This document shows, one piece after another, positions 50,189 through 60,124 of a stretch of DNA of 64,000 bases. Each line of letters starts with the position of its first letter. Within the stretch, counting starts at the first letter, position 1. Made by a program: the position numbers and the translations under genes. The DNA lies in assembly GCA_963801165.1 (NCBI GenBank), contig CAWDDT010000009.1, positions 224,001-288,000 of the forward strand, read 5' to 3'. The notes beneath the pieces were generated by a model that saw only the letters and a list, made by a program, of their open reading frames with translations, made no database searches and was not told the DNA's origin. Origin of the DNA: an uncultured bacterium (lineage in GTDB: Bacteria; Actinomycetota; Acidimicrobiia; Spongiisociales; UBA5794).

Positions 50189-52003
50189 CTATCCCGGCGA
50201 TTGAGCTCCGGTCGCCAGTGTGATGACGGTGTCGCCCGGGGCGGTGTCACGGAGGGGCTCATGGTTGGCGGTCGTGATCACGTGTACCCGGCCGCTCGCC
50301 TTGACTACGAAGAGAATGCCGAGGACTTCCGGGGAAGAGAGCTGCTCGTGGGCGATCTCGGGATCGGTCCCGATCTTGATTCGACGCACCTCACCACCGG
50401 TTTCGAGCAGCAGGTCGATGGCCTGGTAGTCCCAATCCACGCCGAACAGTTGTCTTCCCCCGAAGTCACTGGCCGGGTCCGATTGGATGCCGGCCGCGGT
50501 CTGCCGCGGCGGGAGCTGGTATGTCTCCGCCCCACCGAACGTGTTGGCAAAACGCGTGCTGGCCAGCGTGTTGACGTCATCGTTTGGCGTCAGTGCCAGC
50601 AGTCGCCCGATCCCGGCGAGGTCGAGATCGAGGTCGACGTCCCGGGCCAGGACGTTGCCGTAGTACGCCCGGCGTCCGGCCATCCGTGCCTCGTAGTGGT
50701 CCTGGCGGTTGGTGGTGGCGAAGACGACCGGTACTCCCGTGTCGGCGAGAGCGTCGGCCACCGCCCGCTCCACCCGACCGGCACCGAGAACGAGCACTCC
50801 CTCCTGGTGCTTTTCGGCCAGGCCGAGCCAGCGTGCCAGCGGGCCCATCCCGATGCCGTAGACGAGGACCGTTCCCACGATCACGGCAAACACCAGGGGG
50901 GTGAGTGCCTCGGCGCCGGTGATGCCCTCATGCTCGAGCTCCAACGCAAACACCGACGCCACCGAGGCGGCCACGATCCCCCGGGGCGCCACGCCCGCAA
51001 GAAGCAGGCGCTCCCGCCACCCCAAGTGTGATCGGATGGTCGCTACCGCTACCGCCAGAGGCCGGGCAACGAGGACCAGCGCCAGGAGAAGCGCGATCGC
51101 CGCCGGCAGGTCGACCCGCAGCTGCTCGGTGCTCAGCCGGGCGCTCAACACGATGAACAGCACGCCAATCAGCAGGACCCGGATCGCCTCGGAGAACCGC
51201 ACGATCTGCTCGGTTCGCACCCTTCGCTGGTTGGTGAGGATAAAACCCAGCACCGTGGTGGCCAGCAGCCCTGCCTCGGCAGAGAGCGTGTCGGCGACCA
51301 TGAAGGCCAGCAGGGCGACCGTCAAGCCGAAGAGGGGGAGCAGATGCTCCGAGACCCAGTGCCGTTGCAACACGATGGTCGAGCCGTATGCGACCGCGGC
51401 ACCCACCAGAAGGCCCGCCAGGGTGAACTGAACCATGTCGCCCAGCACGACAACCGGTGTCGGATCGCCGGTACCGCGCAGGAGTATCACCTCGAACGTG
51501 ATCACTGCGAGCAATGCCCCGATCGGGTCGATCAGAATGCTTTCCCACTTGAGAATGGACGCCACCGAGCGTCGCGGCCGTACCGTCGCCAGCAGTGGCC
51601 CGATCACCGTCGGCCCGGACACGACGAGGATCGAGCCGGTCAGCACTGCCATCCCCGGTGATAGATCGGTGAACAGGGCGGTCATCACGGCGGCTATTCC
51701 CCAGGTGATGAGGACCCCGATCGTCACCAGTAGCCAGAGGACACGCTGTTGGCCCTCCATCTCGCGCAGCCGAAGGCTGAGCCCGCCCTCGAACAGGATC
51801 AGCCCTACGGCGATGGACACCGCAGGTGCGAGCAGATCACCGAGGATCTCATCCGGATTGACGAGCCCGAAGATCGGCCCGATGAGGAAGCCGGTAACCA
51901 GCAGCGGGAGGATGATCGGGACGCGCACCCGCTCGCCGAACCAGGTGACGGCGAAAGCGACGATGACTATTCCCGATAGCTGGACGATCGGATCGTCGAG
52001 CAT
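50189..52003 (-). CDS. CPA1/NhaP-type cation:proton antiporter with C-terminal RCK-like domain
   Basis: ILFEGGL.L, SGPTVI.PLL, WE.I.IDPIGA, APRGIVAA. Confidence 0.9.
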   Translation of the reverse strand: MLDDPIVQLSGIVIVAFAVTWFGERVRVPIILPLLVTGFLIGPIFGLVNPDEILGDLLAPAVSIAVGLILFEGGLSLRLREMEGQQRVLWLLVTIGVLITWGIAAVMTALFTDLSPGMAVLTGSILVVSGPTVIGPLLATVRPRRSVASILKWESILIDPIGALLAVITFEVILLRGTGDPTPVVVLGDMVQFTLAGLLVGAAVAYGSTIVLQRHWVSEHLLPLFGLTVALLAFMVADTLSAEAGLLATTVLGFILTNQRRVRTEQIVRFSEAIRVLLIGVLFIVLSARLSTEQLRVDLPAAIALLLALVLVARPLAVAVATIRSHLGWRERLLLAGVAPRGIVAASVASVFALELEHEGITGAEALTPLVFAVIVGTVLVYGIGMGPLARWLGLAEKHQEGVLVLGAGRVERAVADALADTGVPVVFATTNRQDHYEARMAGRRAYYGNVLARDVDLDLDLAGIGRLLALTPNDDVNTLASTRFANTFGGAETYQLPPRQTAAGIQSDPASDFGGRQLFGVDWDYQAIDLLLETGGEVRRIKIGTDPEIAHEQLSSPEVLGILFVVKASGRVHVITTANHEPLRDTAPGDTVITLATGAQSPG

Positions 52004-52032
52004 GCTCCCCTTGACCTCGAATGCGGTGGATT

Positions 52033-52878
52033 CTACGGGTTGTCGTCGCCAACACTTCCGGGACCGCGCTCGAACTCGGAGCGCAGTGAGCGCGCCATCA
52101 TCCGCTCGTAGACGTCGGGGGCAAGTGCGTTCAGGTACCGGGATACACGACCCACGTTGCCGATGATGACATTGCGCTTGCGCCGCTCGACCGCCCAGAC
52201 GATGCGCTCGGCGACGTCTGCGGGTCGAGCCATCTTGCCGACCCGTGACTGGGGATGGTCGGTGATCCGGCCGTCACCGCCGATGGTGTGGCGCCGGAGG
52301 TTGGTGTCGATGAACGACGGTGCGGCGATGAGCACATCGACCCCGGAAGCTTCTACTTCAGTGCGCAGTGTGGCGAAGAACCCCTGCAGCGCATGTTTCG
52401 AAGCGGCGTATCCGGTGCGTCCCAACAGCGGGGCATACCCGGCGGTCGAGCTGATGACCACGATGACCCCACGGCGCTCCATGATCGAAGGCAGGGCGAT
52501 CTTGGTGCAGTTGACCGAGCCCCAGAAGTTGATGTCCATGATGCGCCGGATCACTGCGATGTCTGTCTCGGCAAATGCGCTGCGATGTGACAAACCGGCG
52601 TTGTTTACCAGGATGTCGACTGGGCCGAGCCTCTCCTCGGCAGCGTCGAGGGCACGCCGGCAGCTGTCGAAGCTGGTGACGTCGCACTCGATGGCGACGC
52701 CCTCGCCCCGACCGACCGCATCGGCCGCTACGACCGCGGCCCCATAGTCGATGTCGAGCAGGGCAACGTTGCAGCCGGCGAGACCAAACTCGCGCCCGAG
52801 TGCCGACCCGAGTCCACCGCCGCCCCCGGTGATGACGACGTTCTTCCCCTGAAGCTGGAGCTTTGTCCCTCTAGCCAT
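52033..52878 (-). CDS. SDR family oxidoreductase
   Basis: TGGGGGLG, NNAG, YAASK. Confidence 0.92.
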   Translation of the reverse strand: MARGTKLQLQGKNVVITGGGGGLGSALGREFGLAGCNVALLDIDYGAAVVAADAVGRGEGVAIECDVTSFDSCRRALDAAEERLGPVDILVNNAGLSHRSAFAETDIAVIRRIMDINFWGSVNCTKIALPSIMERRGVIVVISSTAGYAPLLGRTGYAASKHALQGFFATLRTEVEASGVDVLIAAPSFIDTNLRRHTIGGDGRITDHPQSRVGKMARPADVAERIVWAVERRKRNVIIGNVGRVSRYLNALAPDVYERMMARSLRSEFERGPGSVGDDNP

Positions 52879-53824
52879 CTCGACCCTCCATAAATGCCTC
52901 GAAGGCCTCAGCCGTAGTCTTCTGCGGTGTGTACCCGAATTGTTCCTTCAGCCGCGTGTTGGCGAGCACGGGCCGGTAGCGTAGGAAATCGACCTGCTCG
53001 GGACCGTATTGGGTGAGGTGCAGACTATGCAGCAGCCACAGAGCGCCCCGCACCACTGGCACCGGCATGGCGACGTAGGGCTTCCCAAGCCGGCGAGCGA
53101 TGTGCCGCATTGTCATTACCCCGTCGCCGCAAACGTTGTAGATGCCGGTCAGGTCGGTCTCGATGCCACGGCGCAAGACGCCCACGAGATCCTCGTCCCA
53201 GATGAAAACGAACGGTGTTGCGGCACCCCGGAGCCCCATGATTACCCGTCGCTCAAACAGTGCCGTGATCTGGTTTCTGGTGGTGGCCCCGAGGACGGTC
53301 CCCGGTCGGAGGATGAGCTGTTGCAGCTCCGGGTGGGAGCGGCGCCACTCTGCCAGCATTTCCTCGACCTGCCTCTTGTGGTCCGAATAGGCGAACTCGA
53401 CGTTGCCCCGCAGCGGATCGTCTTCACGCAGCGGCATCGAGTTGTCGGCGTGGTAGCCGTAGGCGGCGCCGCTCGAGCTGACGATGACCTTCTCCACTTC
53501 CGCTTCCAGACAGGAGTTGAGGACGTTGCGGGTCCCGTCGACGTCGATCGAATGCTCGAGGGCGCGGTCGGAGTTCTTACCGGCGGTGACGACCGCCGCC
53601 AGGTGGACCACCGTGTCGACCGCATGCCTGCTGCATGGTGGCTGGCGAGGGCGTCGTCGCGGATGTCGCCGGCCTCGTATGACGACGCCTTCGATCGGGT
53701 CGTCCGGCAGCCGTAGGTCGGTGGCGACGATCGTCTCCAGTGCGCCCCGGTCGGTAGCGAGCGCACGGACGAGCAGGCCGCCGATGTATCCACCCGCCCC
53801 GGTGACGAGCACGGACCGGCTCAT
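52871..53824 (-). CDS. NAD-dependent epimerase/dehydratase (extended SDR); locally frameshifted at about 53630-53680
   Basis: VTGAGGYIG, HLAA, SSGAAYG, Y..HK; DIRD motif lies in a shifted frame. Confidence 0.85.
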   Translation of the reverse strand: MSRSVLVTGAGGYIGGLLVRALATDRGALETIVATDLRLPDDPIEGVVIRGRRHPRRRPRQPPCSRHAVDTVVHLAAVVTAGKNSDRALEHSIDVDGTRNVLNSCLEAEVEKVIVSSSGAAYGYHADNSMPLREDDPLRGNVEFAYSDHKRQVEEMLAEWRRSHPELQQLILRPGTVLGATTRNQITALFERRVIMGLRGAATPFVFIWDEDLVGVLRRGIETDLTGIYNVCGDGVMTMRHIARRLGKPYVAMPVPVVRGALWLLHSLHLTQYGPEQVDFLRYRPVLANTRLKEQFGYTPQKTTAEAFEAFMEGRDG

Positions 53825-54744
53825 GTTGCAGTGGCTTGTACCGGGCGGCGGGACCACACACCGGCGACGATGAGCCCGGCGATGATGTGCCAGATACCCC
53901 ACCAGGCGGCGATGATGGCCATGCCGCCGAGACCGTCGAAGAAGTCGAAAATGAGCACGAGTGCCAGCGCCGAATTTTGCAGGCCCACCTCGATGGTGAC
54001 GGCGCGGAGGTCGCGCTCTTCGAGCCGGGCCAGCCTCCCCGCTACGTTGCCGATGCCGAATGCGACGGCATTGTGCACCAGTACCACCAATACCACCAGG
54101 CCCACGTACTCGACGAAGTAGCTCCAGTTGTTCGCCAGGGCGACGGCAACGAAGCCCATGAAGACCAGGACGGAGAGCACCTTGAACGGGCCGCGCACGT
54201 TCTTGGCGATCCCGGGAAAACGTCTGGCGACGAGCATGCCCGCCACCAGCGGGATCCCCAGGATCACGACGATCGTGGTGAATAGGTCGAGTGGGCTCAA
54301 CGACACAGACTGAAGGATCGGCTTGGTGTCCGGGTTGAGTGTGCCCCAGATGGACAGGTTGAGCGGTGTCATGATGACGGCGAACGCGGTCGACACCGCG
54401 GTCATCCCCACCGAGAGCGGTGCGTTGCCTCCGGCCAGGTAGGTCATCACGTTCGACAGGTTCCCGCCGGGGCACGAGGCGACCAGGATCATCCCGAGTG
54501 CGATCGACGGCCGCACGTTCAGGATCATCGTCAGTAGGAACGTGAACGCGGGGAGGAGGAGGAACTGGGCGATGAGGCCGATCGCAGGCGGTTTGGGCTT
54601 CCGGAGCAGGCGGCGGAAGTCCTCGACATCGAGATCGAGAGCCATGCCGAACATCATCAGACCGATGAGGATGTTGAGCAGGAGCAGGCTGCTCTCGTCG
54701 AAGTTGAGACGGACCTGGTCGATGCCGGCGGCGAGGACGATCAT
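53821..54744 (-). CDS. Bile acid:sodium symporter (BASS) family
   Basis: MFGMAL.L, CPGGN.SN, IEVGLQNS.LAL, WWGIWH. Confidence 0.9.
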   Translation of the reverse strand: MIVLAAGIDQVRLNFDESSLLLLNILIGLMMFGMALDLDVEDFRRLLRKPKPPAIGLIAQFLLLPAFTFLLTMILNVRPSIALGMILVASCPGGNLSNVMTYLAGGNAPLSVGMTAVSTAFAVIMTPLNLSIWGTLNPDTKPILQSVSLSPLDLFTTIVVILGIPLVAGMLVARRFPGIAKNVRGPFKVLSVLVFMGFVAVALANNWSYFVEYVGLVVLVVLVHNAVAFGIGNVAGRLARLEERDLRAVTIEVGLQNSALALVLIFDFFDGLGGMAIIAAWWGIWHIIAGLIVAGVWSRRPVQATAT

Positions 54745-56483
54745 CCGCCGGGCTCCTGGTGCATCTTCTTGAAGTGGAGCAGGCCTGGCGCCCACATGTG
54801 CTTGACCGGGTCGACGTCCACATGGATGACGGAGCACTTGCCACGGGCGAGACTTCGTTCGATGGCTCCCCTCAGCTCGGCGGGGTCGGCGACGCGCTCA
54901 CCGTGCGCTCCCATGGCTCGGGCCAGGTGGTCGTAGCCGATCTCGCCGAGGTCAGAGTTCACGGTGGCGCCCGGCTCGAGTGACTTGCGCAGCATCATCT
55001 TCACGGGAGCCTTGGCCACTGATTGGGTCATCTTCACCATGCCCCATTGTCGATCGCTGACTACGAGAAACACGACACGGTTGCCGTTGCGGACCGCGGT
55101 CTCGATCTCCTGGGGGTGCATGCCGAACGCGCCGTCCCCGATGATGCAGTACACCTGCCGGTCGGGGAATGCCTCGGCGGCACCGAGGGCCTGGCCGACG
55201 CCGGCACCGAGCATCCCGAAGTGCGGGGTGGCCAGCATGGTGTTCGGGACCTCGACGGTGTGAAAGAAGTTCGCCCATACCGCGGTATTGCCGCCGTCGG
55301 CGATCATGATGGCGTCCTTGTCGAACATCTCCTGGCAGATCGCCGGCACATGGGCGGTAACCATGGGCACTGCCATGTCCTCGAGCGACTTGTGGTGCTT
55401 GGTGGCGTCGGCCTTCCGGCTCTCGATGAGACGTGCTACCTCGCTGCGGCGTGTTTGGGGGGCGGCGACGTCTGCGCCGGCCAGCCGCTTGCCTACTTCG
55501 TCGAGGAACACCCCGACGTCACCGACGATCGCCAGATCGACCGGCTTGTTACGCCCGATGCTTGTTTCGTCGATGTCGACGTGGATGACCTTCTGCTCAC
55601 CGGGATCACGCCAGTTGGGCGGCTTGCCCCACCAGTCGGTCTCACCAATGCGGGAGCCGAGGATCAAGACCACGTCGGCCGCTCTGTGCACCTCGCTCGT
55701 TGGCTCGATGGCTGTGATCGGCCACACCAGTTCCGACGTCTCGGTCATGGCGCCGCGGCCAGACCAGGAAGTGGTGACCGGGGCGTACAGCCTCTCGGCG
55801 ACGACTTGTAGAGCATCATGGGCGCGGGCGTGGATGACGCCACCACCGGCGTGGATGACCGGGAGCGATGCGGTGGTGAGCATCGTCACCGCCGCATCGA
55901 CCAGGGCCGGGTCGGGGGCGATCGGCGCGGTACGGCGGGTCCGCACCGGGGGTACGACCGCCGGCAGCTTCGTCTTGCCATTGATGACGCTTTCGGCGAC
56001 GTCGAGGTGCACGACACCCGGCCGTCCCCGATAGCACCACCGCAACGCGGTGCGCAGAAGCTCAGGAAGCCGATCGACAGACGACACGCTCGCCGACCAC
56101 TTTGTGATGGGAGTGATTGCGGCTACCTGGTCGAAGTACTGATAGGTACCGCCCCGGTCCGGGTAGGTGATGCCCACCCGTCGCGAGCTCGTGATGACGA
56201 GTACCCGGTTGCCCTCGGCGTTCTCGACGGTGATCCCGGGCAGGGCGTTGGCGACGCCGGGTCCGTTGGAGGCAATGGCGACCCCGAGCTTCCCGGTCAG
56301 ACGGGCGTATGCGCCGGCCATGTGTATCGCCGTGGTCTCGTGTCGCGGGGTGACGACGGGGATGTCGTTGCCGATCAGGGCGTTGAACAGACCGAGGTAG
56401 GTCCCATCGGGAATCCCAAAGACCTTGTCGACCCCCTCCGCCGCCAGGATGTCGGCGATGATCTTGCCACCGTTGCCTGCCAC
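54741..56483 (-). CDS. Thiamine diphosphate-dependent enzyme (acetolactate synthase superfamily)
   Basis: RHE..A.HMA..YAR, GPG..N, GDGAFGM..QE.ETA ThDP motif. Confidence 0.9.
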   Translation of the reverse strand: MAGNGGKIIADILAAEGVDKVFGIPDGTYLGLFNALIGNDIPVVTPRHETTAIHMAGAYARLTGKLGVAIASNGPGVANALPGITVENAEGNRVLVITSSRRVGITYPDRGGTYQYFDQVAAITPITKWSASVSSVDRLPELLRTALRWCYRGRPGVVHLDVAESVINGKTKLPAVVPPVRTRRTAPIAPDPALVDAAVTMLTTASLPVIHAGGGVIHARAHDALQVVAERLYAPVTTSWSGRGAMTETSELVWPITAIEPTSEVHRAADVVLILGSRIGETDWWGKPPNWRDPGEQKVIHVDIDETSIGRNKPVDLAIVGDVGVFLDEVGKRLAGADVAAPQTRRSEVARLIESRKADATKHHKSLEDMAVPMVTAHVPAICQEMFDKDAIMIADGGNTAVWANFFHTVEVPNTMLATPHFGMLGAGVGQALGAAEAFPDRQVYCIIGDGAFGMHPQEIETAVRNGNRVVFLVVSDRQWGMVKMTQSVAKAPVKMMLRKSLEPGATVNSDLGEIGYDHLARAMGAHGERVADPAELRGAIERSLARGKCSVIHVDVDPVKHMWAPGLLHFKKMHQEPGG

Positions 56484-56641
56484 AGCACCTCCTCCGAGTG
56501 GGGAGGGTAATACACACGTCCTTGCTTCCGCCGGGGAATGACGCTCCTTCGCCTCTGGTGTGCCAGAACGCGATGCTTGGTCGGCGCCGGTGGACGACGT
56601 CGGTCGGGGTGTACCAGAATCTCTCTCCTAGACTCGGCTCC

Positions 56642-57040
56642 ATGTCAGGAAGGATCGCGGTCCTTGTTGCTGCCGCGGCACTTGCGGTGGGTTGCAGCGA
56701 ACCGGTGTATTTACCGGATCGGTCCGATCCGGCCGTCCAGGCGCAAGAGGCTCGGATCGTCACGGTTCTCGAGTCCGCCAGTGATATCTGGGTGCCGGGC
56801 CCATGCACTGTAAGGCTCCTGCGACAGGAAGGAGCTACCTCTTACGCATGGGCTGTGTGCGAGGGATACGAAACACCAGAGGCACCAGAGAAGTCGGCAT
56901 GGTCCGGCCCGGTGCGTGTCGACGGGGATCAGGTGTCCCAGCCCCGAGATGGAGACCTGTACGGAAGCGACGTTCGCAAGATGTTCCCGGCCGATCTCGT
57001 GACAGTGATCTTCGACCAGAGGCCGGACGTGATGCCCTAG
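56642..57040 (+). CDS. Hypothetical lipoprotein
   Basis: Lipobox AVGC; TAGACT-N7-ATG; AWAVC, SGPVRV, PRDG..Y..DVR.MFP. Confidence 0.65.
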   Translation: MSGRIAVLVAAAALAVGCSEPVYLPDRSDPAVQAQEARIVTVLESASDIWVPGPCTVRLLRQEGATSYAWAVCEGYETPEAPEKSAWSGPVRVDGDQVSQPRDGDLYGSDVRKMFPADLVTVIFDQRPDVMP

Positions 57041-57246
57041 ATTGCCTCGACAGGCCGATGATGAGGGCACGTAGTCTCTGACATGGAGTGGTCATCCCCA
57101 GGTCCAGCACCGCGCCTGTGGCTGAGCGCGATAGAACAGCCGAACGGGTCGCAGTGGTTCGTGCCGCTGCGGTTCGGTGGTTGGCTCGGGTGGTGGAACG
57201 GACGGAGTCCGGGGTGTGAGTTACCAGCGCCTGTGGTCGATGTGGC

Positions 57247-58524
57247 TCAAGGGCTGCGGGCGTTTCTGGCGGGTTTGCCGCTGGTGGTGTATCGGTGGCC
57301 GAGGGGTGTGGTGTGGATGGTGTCGTTGTTGACGAGTTGGTAGGTCCAACCAAACGTGTGACGGATGACGTGATGGTGGCGGCACATGGGCCCGAGGTCG
57401 CAGCTGCAGGTGATACGTGAGTGAGACCAAGGGATGCGGTGGTCGATGTCACAGTCGACTGAAGGCATCCGACAGCCGGGGTGGATACAGGTGGGATACA
57501 GGATCTCGGCCATGCGGCGTTGTGCGGTGGTTGGCTTGCGACGGGTAATGCCACCATCTATGACCTGTCCAGTGTCGGGATCGTAGAGTGACCAGCGTCG
57601 TTCTACGTGATGTTGGTGTTCGGCTACCTGACGGGCGATGTCACCCAACACGGGCCCAAACCCGTTCAGCTCGGCTGCATCGTTGGATTGCCCGGTCAAC
57701 GTCTCTGCTGTCAACCTAACGTCGAGAATGCCGTAGTCGGCCCGGGTGAGCTTCCCGTCGACAAAGCGACGTTTGAGCAGGTCGAGATAAATGTCGGCGC
57801 GGAGTTGGTCGATGCCGCGGCTGTCGCCGAGACGCTTCAGTTTGAGCGCTTCCTTGTGTATCCACTTCCCGATGGCGACGGCCTCGTCGGGTGGCAGATC
57901 CAACCCCAGAATGTTGGCGGTACCGGACCCGGTGGGTTCGACAACTACCCGCCGATCTTGGATCGACTGGTCGTGCCGTTCCTTGGCCGCTTCCGGGTCG
58001 ACGTCGATACAGAGTTTCTCCAGACGCCCGTGTAGCTGGCTTGCGGTCAACCCGGCAGCTTCCGGTAACACCTGCTCAACCACGTCTTGGGCAGCCGTGT
58101 CTGACAGCACAAGGGTGTGTTCGACGAGGATTTTGGCTCGCCACACGTCGATACGGCCATACAGGACCGCTTCGAAGACTTTCGGGTAGTGGCGGCACAG
58201 CTCGACTGCGAAGGAGGTTTCGTTCTCTGCGCTGCGTCGTGTCATGCGGAGAGCGGCACCGATCTCGGCCGAGGCACCGTCTTGCACCTCGTAGTGGTCC
58301 GTGGTGGGTGTATCTCGGAACTCTTGTTCGTAGACAGAGACGATCTTCTCTTCAGTCCAACATTTGCCGGCTTGGTAGTGGTTGATTTGGCGTTGCTGGG
58401 CTTGGAGGACACGAATCAGGTCGTATCCGGAGATCTGGTCCCAATCCAGCGACGCCAACACCCGCGCCAACTCAGGGCCGGGCGGAATGTCCTCTAGGTT
58501 GTTCGGTACTTGTGGATCGAACAT
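57247..58524 (-). mobile_element. DUF222 (13E12-repeat) HNH endonuclease
   Basis: MFD start, G.ID..RA, DQLRAD...DL, C.HPGC....CDIDH..PW....T....L...CRHHH; lower GC3 than neighbours. Confidence 0.9.
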
Positions 58525-58539
58525 ACGTTCGATCCACAA
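58510..58539. promoter_or_regulatory. LexA (SOS) box overlapping the DUF222 start codon
   Basis: TCGAAC-ATAC-GTTCGA (58517-58532) within a palindrome with 13-bp arms. Confidence 0.85.
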
Positions 58540-58596
58540 CGATACCTATGACAAAACAAGACTTATCAGCCAATCGTGAAAGGATTCAGCACACTG

Positions 58597-59118
58597 CTAG
58601 CCGTCGCAGGGCAGGGCCGGTCTGCTTCGCCACTCGAGCGCTTCTTCTCTGATCGTTCCTGTTACCCCGTACCAATTGCAGAAGTCACTTGCTTGGACTT
58701 GGACTCGGAGGTCGACGGTGGTGTCGTCGGCGTAGACGCCGACCATTCGGGTGACATGTGGCTCATCGAGGTCGGGCGCCTGAGAGAGTGCGGCGGCGAC
58801 GGCAGCGTCCGCAGGGTTGGTGTACGCAGTGCCCGCTGTCTCCGGTACCGCCACCGCGGTTGTGACCTCGGCTCCAAACTGGAACGGGTCGGCGGCCGGC
58901 GTCGCCCGGCCCGCGGCGACAAGCCATCCAACCCAAAAGGAGATGGTGACTAGGAAAGCGGCACCTGCGACGATCCAGCCGGGCCAACTGCGGTGCACAG
59001 TCGCGGTGCGGATAGTCACCACCGGTGGCCATTCAGCGTCGGATGTCGGCGTCTGCGCGACGAGTTGGCCGTAGGTTTGGCGGAACGCCGCCGCGACGTT
59101 GTCTGAATCAGTTGGCAT
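58597..59118 (-). CDS. Single-TM hypothetical protein, candidate anti-sigma factor
   Basis: Start overlaps the sigma gene end; one TM, then an extracytoplasmic domain with a Cys pair. Confidence 0.6.
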   Translation of the reverse strand: MPTDSDNVAAAFRQTYGQLVAQTPTSDAEWPPVVTIRTATVHRSWPGWIVAGAAFLVTISFWVGWLVAAGRATPAADPFQFGAEVTTAVAVPETAGTAYTNPADAAVAAALSQAPDLDEPHVTRMVGVYADDTTVDLRVQVQASDFCNWYGVTGTIREEALEWRSRPALPCDG

Positions 59119-59551
59119 CCAGGACTCCTTTGAGAGTGCGGCGGGCAAGGTGCAGATACCGCTTCACGGTTCCCGGGCGAATCCCCATTAGCGTCGAGGC
59201 CTCGGCGATTGACCGGCCCTCCCAATACACGAGGTAGGTGGCAGCTCGCTGCCGCGCCGGTAGCGCGAGGACGGCAGCCAGAACCTCGGGTTGGGGATCG
59301 ACCATGTGGACATCGGCAACGAGGTCCGGGGTCAGTGGCATCCCGCGACGACCCAGCCGCGTCCTCGACTCGTTGAGGACGGCACGGAACAGATAGGCCC
59401 GTGCATCATCGAGATCTACCAGGCGGCGGCGAGCCAGCACCCGCAGAACCACGGTGGAGACCACGTCTTCCGCTGCGGTCGGACCGACAAGCACTGCGGC
59501 GTATCGGACCAAATCCTCCCGGTTCTTCCTATAGATCGTCTCGTCGTCCAC
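59108..59551 (-). CDS. ECF sigma factor (short, SigE-like)
   Basis: LVRYA..LVG...AEDVV, AYL.RAV.N, LP.RQRA..YL.Y.E, GTVK..L..AR; GTG at 59551. Confidence 0.85.
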   Translation of the reverse strand: MDDETIYRKNREDLVRYAAVLVGPTAAEDVVSTVVLRVLARRRLVDLDDARAYLFRAVLNESRTRLGRRGMPLTPDLVADVHMVDPQPEVLAAVLALPARQRAATYLVYWEGRSIAEASTLMGIRPGTVKRYLHLARRTLKGVLDAN

Positions 59552-59736
59552 ACCACAACCACTCGCTAGACGCCCACACGGTTGCATTGGTGATAGCGCA
59601 CCGCCTGTACCCGCGCAATCGAATCGCACCCTCATGCCGAGGCTCGCTCGATCATGAGCGCTTCTGGTAGCCGCGGCGTAGAAGCTGGATCTTGGGGTTC
59701 CCGATGGTCGCGAGGCCGGGTTTCGTGATTCCACTC

Positions 59737-59884
59737 TGGTGGTCAACGGCGCCACAATCACAGAGGCGAATCCAGACCCAGACGTATCTGGTGGACCGAG
59801 TATCAGCGAGGGACGATAGGTCGCTGGTACTCCGAGATACGGCTGACCAAAGTCGACGAGCCACAGATCATCAGCCGACGCCAT
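59737..59884 (-). pseudogene. Truncated PemK/MazF toxin
   Basis: DLWLVDFGQP.....YRP.LILG......VIVAPLTT, after which similarity is lost. Confidence 0.7.
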
Positions 59885-60000
59885 CGCGCACCGATGTGTC
59901 GTCTGCCCCTGCAAGGTAGGCCTACTGAGCTTCCGTGTTCTGACGGAGCTCGTCGAGTACGGCAGCTACCTGGTTGGCGAAGCGTTGTCGCGGCCGTCCG
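59871..60000 (-). pseudogene. Antitoxin C-terminal relic with in-frame stop
   Basis: RQRFANQVAAVLDELRQNTEAQ*AYLAGADDTSVRDGVG*; overlaps the toxin ATG. Confidence 0.55.
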
Positions 60001-60124
60001 TGCGCGGAAAGAGGAACACGAGCGCCACGAACGGGAGCGTAAAGAGCAGCCGTAGCAGGTCCGTTCGCTAATCCATGTTTCGTCGGTGGCAATGCAAATC
60101 CGCGACGCACATAGACTGGGAACC

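Noticed and set aside
52871-54844. Long Arg/Pro-rich N-terminal extensions and antisense ORFs (also 5407-7977, 14152-15804, 27904-28962)
   Set aside because: Shadow frames caused by high GC; real starts are internal
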